The translations under genes were made by a program, and so were the position numbers. A stretch of DNA of 55,475 nucleotides from Thermoguttaceae bacterium (GTDB taxonomy: Bacteria > Planctomycetota > Planctomycetia > Pirellulales > Thermoguttaceae). The notes beneath the pieces were generated by a model that did no database searches, was not told the origin of the DNA, and saw nothing but the letters and a program-made list of their open reading frames with translations. The stretch lies in the NCBI GenBank assembly GCA_049509395.1, contig JBEKZY010000040.1, positions 1 to 55,475 on the forward strand, in the 5' to 3' direction. Of this stretch, positions 36,827 through 49,434 are shown piece by piece (position 1 is the first letter of the stretch; every line of letters begins with the position of its first letter).

Positions 36827-37708
36827 ATGGCCAAAGCCAAGACTTTTGATAAACGCCGCAAGTCGATTAAAAACATCCGCAAAATTACGCGGACCATGGA
36901 GTTGATCTCCACTGCGCGGTTCAAGCGGGCCATGGATCGGGCTATCGCCGCATCGGCCTATACCAAGCGGATCACAAAATTGGTGGGAAACCTGGTCCGC
37001 AGCGGCGCCGAAATATCGCACCCGCTCCTGGCGGCCCGTGGGGAAACAAAACACGTGATCTTGCTGGTCTTGACGGCTAATCGCGGGCTCTGCGCCGGGT
37101 ACAACTCCAGCGTGCTGCGCCAGGCCAACGCGCGACTGAAAGAATTAAAACAGCAGGCGCCGCAAGTGCGGTTGGAGGTCTCGGGCAAGCGCGGCGTCTC
37201 GTATTTTCGCTTCCGCGGCATCAAGCCGGACCAGCGCTTCACGCATTTCGAGGACAAGCCCGCTTTCCACGAGGTCGATGTGCTTGCGCGGCGGTATTTG
37301 GAGGATTTTCAGGCGGGATTGCTGGACCGGCTGGACGTGGCCTACACCAAATTCGAGAGTTCCAGCCGCCAATTCGCAGCGATCGAAATGCTTTTGCCTA
37401 TCGCCCAATTGGAAGCATCGGCCGAGGAAGAGACTGGTTTGGCCAAAACGCAGTATGAATTTTTGCCTTCGGCCGAAATCATTTTGGACGAGCTCGTGCC
37501 CGCCAGTTTCAAGGCCAAATTGTTTAAATGTTTTCTCGACGCCGCGGTAAGCGAGCAGATCGCCCGCATGACGGCCATGAAAGCCGCCACCGAAAACGCA
37601 GACTCGATGATCGCGAATTTGTCGATGGCATACAACCGGGCCCGGCAAGGTCAGATCACAGGCGAACTGCTGGAAATCATCGGCGGGGCGGAGGCGCTGG
37701 AGAAATAA
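36827..37708 (+). CDS. atpG: F0F1 ATP synthase subunit gamma
   Basis: IKNIRKITRTMELISTARFKRA N-terminus and C-terminal ARMTAMKAATENA..ITGELLEIIGGAEAL. Confidence 0.95.
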   Translation: MAKAKTFDKRRKSIKNIRKITRTMELISTARFKRAMDRAIAASAYTKRITKLVGNLVRSGAEISHPLLAARGETKHVILLVLTANRGLCAGYNSSVLRQANARLKELKQQAPQVRLEVSGKRGVSYFRFRGIKPDQRFTHFEDKPAFHEVDVLARRYLEDFQAGLLDRLDVAYTKFESSSRQFAAIEMLLPIAQLEASAEEETGLAKTQYEFLPSAEIILDELVPASFKAKLFKCFLDAAVSEQIARMTAMKAATENADSMIANLSMAYNRARQGQITGELLEIIGGAEALEK

Positions 37709-37713
37709 CGGGG

Positions 37714-37760
37714 ATTGCAAATTGAAAATTGCAAAATGCAAATTGCAAATTGAACAAAAG
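37714..37760. repeat. (ATTGCAA)n heptad array R2, 6 nt after the atpG stop
   Basis: ATTGCAAATTGAAAATTGCAAAATGCAAATTGCAAATTGA. It is the inverted partner of R3 at 38190-38229. Confidence 0.9.
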
Positions 37761-37792
37761 GCATTGATACATATATTTTTCTGGATTGATAG

Positions 37793-38158
37793 ATGACACC
37801 GGATGAACTTTCAGAAAGATTACTGGATTTTGCCGTTCGAATCGGAAAAGTGGTCGATGCACTGCCGGACACGCGGCTGGGACGGCATATCGCCGGGCAA
37901 CTCGAAAGATGTGGAACTTCGGCTCCGCCGAATTATGAAGAAGGTAGAGCAGCCGCAAGCCGGGCCGATTTCATCCATAAGTTGAATATTTGCCTTAAAG
38001 AACTTCGAGAATCAAGATTTTGGCTTCGGTTTATTATAAAAGCGAATTTGTTGCCAAAGCATAAGATGACTGACCTACTCGACGAGTGCGAACAACTCAT
38101 GAAAGTCATAGGCCAATCGATTGTCACCGCAAAAAGTAAAATAACAAAAAAACGATAA
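37793..38158 (+). CDS. four-helix-bundle protein (23S rRNA intervening-sequence protein family)
   Basis: AGQLERCGTSAPPNYEEGRAAASRADFIHKLNICLKELRESRFWL matches the QL.R..tS...N..EG......DF..kl.i..kE..E...Wl signature of this family. Confidence 0.85.
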   Translation: MTPDELSERLLDFAVRIGKVVDALPDTRLGRHIAGQLERCGTSAPPNYEEGRAAASRADFIHKLNICLKELRESRFWLRFIIKANLLPKHKMTDLLDECEQLMKVIGQSIVTAKSKITKKR

Positions 38159-38189
38159 ACTTTTAATAAACCTTCACCCCCGGAATTGT

Positions 38190-38229
38190 TCAATTTGCAA
38201 TTTGCAATTTGCAATTTCCAATTTGCAAT
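38190..38229. repeat. (ATTGCAA)n heptad array R3, inverted orientation, 11 nt before the atpD start
   Basis: The reverse complement ATTGCAAATTGGAAATTGCAAATTGCAAATTGCAAATTGA differs from R2 at two positions. Confidence 0.9.
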
Positions 38230-38231
38230 AA

Positions 38232-39707
<1,476 letters not shown>

Positions 39708-39869
39708 AAGCCAGGGATTTGAGATTAGAGATTAGGGGAAAAGAAAAAAGGGGTGGGCAGTTTACTGCCCACTTGCGTGAGATTGCGGTATGTTTCACGC
39801 ACCCTACAAATTTCATAACTTCTTCGCACTCAAAACTTAGAACTGTAAACCGTTAACCGACAATAACCC

Positions 39870-40193
39870 ATGACGCTTCAGTGCATCATTGTAACTCCCG
39901 AACGCACCGTGCTCGAACGGCAGGCCGATTTTGTTGTCGCCACGCTGTTTGACGGCGAGATCGGCGTCTGGCCGCGGCGGGCCCCGTTTATCGGCCGCTT
40001 GGGTTACGGCGAAATGCGGGTCGCATTGGACGATGATACCGACCGGTACTTCATCGAGGGCGGTTTCATTGAGGTGCTCGAAGACGTGGTCACGGTGCTT
40101 ACCGGCCGGGCCGTATTGGCGTCCGAGATCGACGAGGCCGTGGCCCTGGAACAACTCGGCGCAGCCAGGGCCAAGCCGGCCAACACGCCCTAA
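39870..40193 (+). CDS. atpC: F0F1 ATP synthase subunit epsilon
   Basis: 107 aa with LQCIIVTPERTV..GEIGVWPRRAPFIGRLGYGEMRV.. beta-sandwich N-domain. It is the last gene of the operon. Confidence 0.9.
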   Translation: MTLQCIIVTPERTVLERQADFVVATLFDGEIGVWPRRAPFIGRLGYGEMRVALDDDTDRYFIEGGFIEVLEDVVTVLTGRAVLASEIDEAVALEQLGAARAKPANTP

Positions 40194-40302
40194 CTACTGG
40201 CCATCCGCGACCGCGCGGTCGAGCAACCCCGGGCCCAACGCCACGCGGCGCGGCGGGGACGGCAAAGGGATGAAGGATAAGGGATACAAGGGATAAGGGA
40301 TG

Positions 40303-40326
40303 AAAAAAACCGCGTGCGGTTTCGCG
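40303..40326. terminator. short hairpin between convergent atpC and the OmpA-like gene
   Basis: A7 followed by AAACCG-cgtg-CGGTTT CGCG. On the minus strand the hairpin is followed by TTTTTTC. The stem is only 6 bp. Confidence 0.35.
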
Positions 40327-40361
40327 CAGATCACTGTCCACCGCCCGCTGTCCACCGCCCA

Positions 40362-41186
40362 CTACCCGCCTTTTCGATCCGGATAAACCACCAATTCCAC
40401 CCGCCGGTTGCGCTGCTTGCCTTCGGCGGTGGCGTTGGAAACTACCGGGTGGTTCGAGCCGTGGCCCACGACGAAGAGTTGATCGCCTTGCAAACGGGTG
40501 CGGGTTGTGAGCACGTCGTAAACGGCCATCGCCCGGGCGATGGAAAGTTCGTGATTGCTCCGCCACTGGCCGCCTGTCACCGGGTCGTTGTCCGAGTGGC
40601 CTTCAATTCCTATGAGTTGATCGGGATAACTCCGCATCAGTTCGGTGGCCGCGTTGACGATCAACTCCGGCCCGCCGGTCCGCAGCCGGGCGCTGCCCGA
40701 CTCGAACAGCCGGCTGTCCGGCAGTTCCACGCGGATCACGTCGCCGTCGCGGCGGACAAAAACATCGGGCTGATTAATCGTAGGCAATGTTTGTAAAAAA
40801 CTATTGTTGGGCGTGATCGTCACTCCGCCTTGTCGCTGCACCGATGCGGTCATGGCCTGGACTTTCTTGTCGGTGTTTTCCTTTTCCGACCGGGTTTGGG
40901 CAAGTTGGGCAGTCATGCCCCGCATCTGATCGCGCATGGCGGCCAACTGATCTTCAAACACCTTGGATTGCTGCCGGGACTGGGCCAACAGTTGGCCCAA
41001 TTCCTGGTTGTCTTTATCCAACGCGACCGCCCGATTCTGCAATTCGGAATACTGGCGCGACATGGCTTGTTGCTGCTGTTCGTACTGGGTGACCTTGCCC
41101 TTGAGCACCATGGGATTGTCAGCGCAGCCGGCCAGCGCGACCAGCAAACAACCGAACAACCATGTCCCACCTGAAAATCGTGGCAT
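40362..41186 (-). CDS. OmpA/MotB-domain lipoprotein with coiled-coil linker
   Basis: Lipobox LVALAGC, a Gln-rich coiled coil, and a C-terminal OmpA-like domain (IGIEGHSDNDP..NHELSIARAMAVYDVL..NRRVELVVY). Confidence 0.85.
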   Translation of the reverse strand: MPRFSGGTWLFGCLLVALAGCADNPMVLKGKVTQYEQQQQAMSRQYSELQNRAVALDKDNQELGQLLAQSRQQSKVFEDQLAAMRDQMRGMTAQLAQTRSEKENTDKKVQAMTASVQRQGGVTITPNNSFLQTLPTINQPDVFVRRDGDVIRVELPDSRLFESGSARLRTGGPELIVNAATELMRSYPDQLIGIEGHSDNDPVTGGQWRSNHELSIARAMAVYDVLTTRTRLQGDQLFVVGHGSNHPVVSNATAEGKQRNRRVELVVYPDRKGG

Positions 41187-41398
41187 GGCGATAATCTCCT
41201 CTGGCAGGCAGAAATGCCCGCCCTCCTTAAATTACCAAGACAAGCAGGGCGGATAGTAACAAGGCCAACAGGGGGTGGCAAGAGCAGTTAGTCAAAGGCG
41301 AAAGGTGGTGATGGGACCAAAAGACAGAGAAGTAAATTGCCCAGATTACGAAATCTATCTATGTATCCATGATTCAGAAACAAATCCCAGGGAAGTTA

Positions 41399-44300
41399 TC
41401 ACGGCCCTGGGCGCAGATTACGTGCTTTGGCATCGGCGTCGGTCGCCGCTTTGTCTTCGCCCATGCGGCGGAGCAGGTCGGCCAAACTCATGTAATGATC
41501 TGCCAATATGCGGTTGATCGGAGGCCCTTTGGGATCGTTCTGCGATAGTTCCTTAAGCGCGTCGATGGAATCTTGGAGCATGGAACGCGCCTCGGGCAAT
41601 ACGCCGCGTGTTTCGAGCAGCCCGGCAAGCGACTCATAGATCATTGCCATTTCAAATTTGTAGGAGGAAGTTTTGGGATAGCGGCGCGCAAGCGCCGATT
41701 GCAGATCGAGCGCCTTTCGCAGGTTCGATTCAGCGCCGGCCTGGTCGCTTTCCTGAATAATGCCCGCCAAACGCAAGCGAATCAAGACCTGCGAGGTCGC
41801 ATAATCCGGAATGTTGGGATGTTTCGCCACGAGTTCCTCGGATATGGCCAGGGCTTTTTCGAGCATGTCGAGCGAGCGCTGCCTGGCGGCCGAGTCCGTC
41901 GCTTGCGAGGAGGACGGGTCGGGGCGGACAGGAATGTCCGCCCTCCTGCGCGAGTCTCCTGTCTCCGAGGCGAACTGACTTCGGGCGGCCTCGATGGCGT
42001 AGGTTTCGCTAAGATCATAACTGTAATCAGGGACATCCGGATATTCTTCCACCAACTTTTGCATGATCTGGATTGCCTTATCATCGGGCTGCACAGCCGA
42101 GTCCGGGCGGCGGTCAAACCATTCGAAAGGCGCCTCACGATAACATCGCGCAAGCAGTTGGCGATAGTCGGGCACATCCGCATGCTCGGCTACGAGCTTT
42201 TCCAAAATGTCGATGGCCTTCCGAAGGCTTTCCTCCCTTTCTTTCGGAGAAAGGCTGGGAAACCGCCCGGGAGAATCCGGCGGAGGACCGCGCCGCCCGG
42301 AGCCGAAATCAGGCGGGCCAAAACGCCGGTCTGCCCGGCCCATGTCTTGGCCGCGAGGTGGAGGAGGCGGCCCCTGGGGACCGTCAAATCCCGGTGGTCC
42401 GGGCCGCGGACCGCGCCGGCCGCCCATCGCAAACGGAGGGGGCCCCGGTTCCCGGCCTGGTCCCTTGCCAAGATAATAATGTGTCCGCGCCAACTCGTAC
42501 TCGTATTGCGGCGAGGCGGAAGATTCCGCGGCAGCCGCATTCAGGGTGGCCAAGGCGTCCAGATACGACGCGTGCCCCGCTTCCATTTCATTCATCGCCC
42601 AGTACACGTTGCCGAGTTCATTCTGAATCCGGGCGATCTCGGTGCGAAGATCGGTATTTTCCCCCGGCGCTTCGGCGAGTTGCTTGTACAAGTCGATGGC
42701 CCGCAAGTAGGCGGCTTTCGATTCTTCATAATGCCCCAGGCGCTGACGAATGTCGCCCACGCGGCGGTTGGCTTCGGCGACTTTTCGGCGGAGCCTGGCG
42801 TCGTCGCCGCCCTGTGCGGCCAAACGATCGTAAAAAGCGACCATCCGCTCCAGGAGCACGGCCGCCTCTTTCGATAAAACGGGCTGGACCGGAACGGTGA
42901 TCTCCTTACCCGTGTCGTCGACTACTGTAAGTGCCGACGCCGAGGCAGTCCGGTCCGGGGCGAATTGCTGGAAGATGTTGTCCAGGGCCTCCAGGGCCAG
43001 AGCCGAAGTGTTTTCCGCTTTTTTTCGCTGCATCGCCTCTTCGTTGTTTGCCTGCTTAGTCCGCACATATCCAACGCTTGCCACGACGGCCACCAGCACC
43101 AGCAGCACCAGCGTGCTAGCGCCCAGTGCCGATACTACCTTGTTGCGCCGCGACCACCGCCACAGCTTTTCGACTGCGGACGCCCGGCGTGCCCGGATGG
43201 GCCGGTCTTCGAGAAAACACTGCAAGTCGCGGGCCAAATCCCCGGCCGACTGGTACCGATGCCCCGGATCGCGGGCAATGGCTTTGAGAACGATCGTTTC
43301 CAAGTCGCGCGGGATGCCCGGATTGAGCTTGCGCGGGCGGATCGGTTCGCCGTGCGTGATCTTTTGGATAATACTGCTGCGGTTTGTGCCTTCGAATGCC
43401 GCGTGCAGGGTGAGAAACTCGTAAAGGGTCAAACCCATACTATAGATATCGCTGCGGGCGTCGAACTGGCCGAAAAACTGCTCCGGCGCCATATAACGCA
43501 AGGTCCCCACCAGCCCGCCGGTCTGCGTTACATTATCCTGCTCCATGGCCTTGGCCAGGCCGAAATCGGTGATCCAGACTACGCCCTGCGAGTCCAAAAG
43601 CAGGTTCGCCGGCTTGATGTCGCGATGCAGAGTATGGTGCGCATGGGCGTAATTCAGAGCATCGGCTACTTGCAAGCCGATTGCGGCAATGCTTCGCCAA
43701 TAGGCCGGGCCGAACCGCCGCGTACCGGGCCGGACCGGCGTGGTCTGGGAGACGCGCCCGGGCGAATCCGGACTCCGGCTAACCTCGGTGCTTCGAGCGA
43801 TCTGGAAATCTTCGGTTGCCGCGCTCGCTCCGGCCGATTGCCCGGCAGTAGCTACAGTCTTGTTTTTATCCAGCGACTCGGTAATTTCGTCACAGCGGAA
43901 TGGCAAGATGCCCGAATCTTTTGATTTCCAGAATTGTCCCGAAAACAGGATTTCGGCGAGGCGCACTGCTTCGCTCGCGGATTTTTGCGGCGTGTGTGTT
44001 TGGTCGCACTCGGCTTGTGCCGCCGTCGAGCCGGAATCGGGTTGTTGGATCTCGGCAAAAATTGCATCCAGCCCCACGCCGCGGATAAGTTGCATGACGA
44101 TGTAGTGAAATCCGTCCTGTTCACCGACGCCGAAAACGGGCACGATGTTGGTGTGGTGCAGGCGCGCGGCAGTCTGCGATTCCCGCTGAAACCGCTGCAA
44201 GTGCTTGGGATCCAAAAGCGACTGCCTGGGCAAGACTTTTACGGCCACGTGTCGGCCCAGCGACTCCTGAAAGGCTTCGTACACGATCCCCATGCCCCCG

Positions 44301-44569
44301 CGGCCGATTTCATCCAGGATTCGGAAATCGCCAAGGCGCTCCAGTTTGGGCGCGCCCAGGGAAACCCGCGCTCCGCCGGCCTCGGCCTTGTGCGCCTTTA
44401 GTTGTTCTATAGCGGCGATGGCCGGAAACAGGTCTTGGATCTCGGCCGCCAATTCGGGATGCTTCTCGGCATACTCGGCGATCGAGGGCGACTGCCCGCT
44501 CCGCTGCCGTTGGACGAATTCGGCCGCCAGGACTTCCAGGGGATCGCGCTCGGCATCGGCTTGAGTCAT
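41399..44569 (-). CDS. Ser/Thr protein kinase with TM helix and large TPR-like extracytoplasmic region
   Basis: GRGGMGIVYEA..VAVKVL, HRDIKPANLLLD, DFGLAK and GTLRYMAPE, with a TM helix (ALGASTLVLLVLVAVVASVGYV). The C-terminal half has TPR-like repeats and a Pro/Gly-rich tract (GPRPGPPGFDGPQGPPPPPRGQ). Confidence 0.9.
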   Translation of the reverse strand: MTQADAERDPLEVLAAEFVQRQRSGQSPSIAEYAEKHPELAAEIQDLFPAIAAIEQLKAHKAEAGGARVSLGAPKLERLGDFRILDEIGRGGMGIVYEAFQESLGRHVAVKVLPRQSLLDPKHLQRFQRESQTAARLHHTNIVPVFGVGEQDGFHYIVMQLIRGVGLDAIFAEIQQPDSGSTAAQAECDQTHTPQKSASEAVRLAEILFSGQFWKSKDSGILPFRCDEITESLDKNKTVATAGQSAGASAATEDFQIARSTEVSRSPDSPGRVSQTTPVRPGTRRFGPAYWRSIAAIGLQVADALNYAHAHHTLHRDIKPANLLLDSQGVVWITDFGLAKAMEQDNVTQTGGLVGTLRYMAPEQFFGQFDARSDIYSMGLTLYEFLTLHAAFEGTNRSSIIQKITHGEPIRPRKLNPGIPRDLETIVLKAIARDPGHRYQSAGDLARDLQCFLEDRPIRARRASAVEKLWRWSRRNKVVSALGASTLVLLVLVAVVASVGYVRTKQANNEEAMQRKKAENTSALALEALDNIFQQFAPDRTASASALTVVDDTGKEITVPVQPVLSKEAAVLLERMVAFYDRLAAQGGDDARLRRKVAEANRRVGDIRQRLGHYEESKAAYLRAIDLYKQLAEAPGENTDLRTEIARIQNELGNVYWAMNEMEAGHASYLDALATLNAAAAESSASPQYEYELARTHYYLGKGPGREPGPPPFAMGGRRGPRPGPPGFDGPQGPPPPPRGQDMGRADRRFGPPDFGSGRRGPPPDSPGRFPSLSPKEREESLRKAIDILEKLVAEHADVPDYRQLLARCYREAPFEWFDRRPDSAVQPDDKAIQIMQKLVEEYPDVPDYSYDLSETYAIEAARSQFASETGDSRRRADIPVRPDPSSSQATDSAARQRSLDMLEKALAISEELVAKHPNIPDYATSQVLIRLRLAGIIQESDQAGAESNLRKALDLQSALARRYPKTSSYKFEMAMIYESLAGLLETRGVLPEARSMLQDSIDALKELSQNDPKGPPINRILADHYMSLADLLRRMGEDKAATDADAKARNLRPGP

Positions 44570-44570
44570 C

Positions 44571-45209
44571 TTAGCACCCTTCCAAGAAACCGGGCATCTG
44601 GGCCAAAACCGCTCTCAGCCGCTTGATTGCCCGAACGTAGCGGATGCTGGCCGCCTTTTGCTGAATCCCCAGCACTTCAGCGACCTCGCTGTTGGTAAGT
44701 TCCTCGAAATGCCTAAGGGCCAGAACCTCCTGGTCCAGCGGATCCATTTCGGCCACCGCCTGCTCCACGCGCAAGAGCGTTTCCTCGCGGACTGCCGCCT
44801 GGCTTGGCGAAGTGAATTTTCCCGCAAACTGGGCCGCCAACGATGCCGATGTAGTTTGCGGATATTGGTGGCCTATAAAGACGGCTTCCCGGTTGGCGTC
44901 GCGGATCTGCGCGCCTAGGTGATGGCGGTGAATATCGATCAGGGTCTGCATGAGCACCATTCGCAACCAGACAAACGGGGACAATGACGAATCGTTGCCG
45001 TAGTGTTCGATGCGCTGAGCCGCGGCAAGATAGGCCTCTTGGAGCACGTCATCCGGGTCAACGCGACCCAGCAGCCGCCGGTCCATCCTGAAGCCGACCA
45101 TCCGCCATAGGCGCTCGCGGTGCTCGGAAAAAAGCGCCGCCAGGGCCTCGACGTCGCCGCGTTTCAGGCGATCCGACAGTCCGCCGGATTCTTCGACTGT
45201 ATCGACCAC
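44571..45209 (-). CDS. ECF sigma factor translationally coupled to the Ser/Thr kinase
   Basis: Region 2 (DPDDVLQEAYLAAAQRI) and region 4 (LTNSEVAEVLGIQQKAASIRYVRAIKRLR). Its stop codon lies 1 nt from the kinase ATG. Confidence 0.9.
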   Translation of the reverse strand: MVDTVEESGGLSDRLKRGDVEALAALFSEHRERLWRMVGFRMDRRLLGRVDPDDVLQEAYLAAAQRIEHYGNDSSLSPFVWLRMVLMQTLIDIHRHHLGAQIRDANREAVFIGHQYPQTTSASLAAQFAGKFTSPSQAAVREETLLRVEQAVAEMDPLDQEVLALRHFEELTNSEVAEVLGIQQKAASIRYVRAIKRLRAVLAQMPGFLEGC

Positions 45210-45318
45210 GGAAAGTCTCTAAAGTAGTTAAACGAAATCACGTCCACAATTCTACTATTTTATCGGCAAATTTACCCATTATAAGGCCTTTGATGGGAAT
45301 TATACCCCCATTGGAGCA

Positions 45319-45336
45319 ATATAGTGCGCACTATAT
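45319..45336. promoter_or_regulatory. perfect 18-bp palindrome in the divergent sigma/kinase - GT2 operon spacer
   Basis: ATATAGTGCGCACTATAT has perfectly complementary 9+9 arms. It is AT-rich and sits centrally in the 203-bp spacer 45210-45412. Confidence 0.5.
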
Positions 45337-45412
45337 CCCCCTGGTTTGTTGAACCCCGGAAAAATGGGGGCGGACCTGTAGAAATTTCCCCTCGCTTCGC
45401 GTTTACCAACTT

Positions 45413-46377
45413 ATGGAATCAACGCGCCAAGAAAAACGCATGTCCGCGATCAGCACACGGCTCGGGACCCTCGAGCACCCCTCCCCCACCTTCGCTCCGG
45501 GTTCCGAGCCGGTTGATGACCTGAATATCCGATGCGCAGTAACCATAATCATCCCCGCGCTGAACGAGGCCGACGCCATCGGCCGGGTTGTCGGAGATCT
45601 GGTCGCGCAATATCCCGATTATGAGATCCTGGTCGTAGACGACGGCTCCACCGACAATACAAGCGAACTTGCCGCACGCGCCGGCGCGCGGGTCATCCGC
45701 CACGATTGGAACAAGGGATACGGCGCAAGCCTCAGGACCGGGTGCCGGCTGGCGAAAGGCGAGATAATCGTCTGTTTCGACGGCGACGGACAGCACAATC
45801 CAGACGACGTCCAACGACTCGTCGATGAGATCGGCCCGCACGACATGGTGGTGGGAACGCGATCACGCGACTCCCACGAGCCGCTGGTCCGGCGGCCTGG
45901 CAAGTTCGTCCTTTCCACTTTCGCGAACTTTCTTGCAGGCGTAAAAATACCCGACGTGAATTCCGGCTTCCGCGCCTTTAAACGCGGGGTGATCCTGCGT
46001 TACCTGCACCTCATGCCCACGGGTTTTTCTTTTTCCACGACCAGCACATTTGCCATGCTTAAAAGCGGCCGGCCGGTGAAATGGGTGCCGATTACCGTCA
46101 AAAAGCGGATCGGCACAAGTTCGGTGTCGCAAACCCGCCACGGCCTGCAAACCCTGCTCCTGATGGTCCGCTTGACTACGCTTTTCGAGCCGTTGAAAGT
46201 CTTTCTGCCCGTCAGCACATTATTTTTGCTCATGGCCGTCGGGTTCCTGGTCGCCAATTTCGCCGCCGGCCGCAACGTGCCGCAGACCTCGGTCATCATG
46301 TCCGTCTCCGGCATCATGGTCTTTCTGATGGGACTGGTGATGGACCAGGTGGCCGCGCTTCGCCGGGAGAAACACGA

Positions 46378-46381
<4 letters not shown>
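45413..46381 (+). CDS. family 2 glycosyltransferase, polyprenyl-phosphate sugar synthase-like (DPM1/GtrB/ArnC architecture)
   Basis: IIIPALNEADAI, ILVVDDGSTDNT, FDGDGQHNP, and two C-terminal TM helices. An alternative start (MSAIST) lies at 45440. Confidence 0.9.

Positions 46382-49417
<3,036 letters not shown>

Positions 49418-49434
<17 letters not shown>

Noticed and set aside
41573-42877. 434-aa and 275-aa ORFs antisense to the Ser/Thr kinase gene
   Set aside because: These are Arg/Pro-rich shadow frames of a gene with clear kinase and TPR signatures.
46081-46377. 5' extension of the long ORF (ORF-track start at 46081) overlapping the GT2 gene
   Set aside because: The extension is Arg/Pro/Gly-rich and overlaps the GT2 C-terminal TM region in another frame. 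The ATG at 46378 forms an ATGA stop/start overlap and begins the methyltransferase-like sequence.
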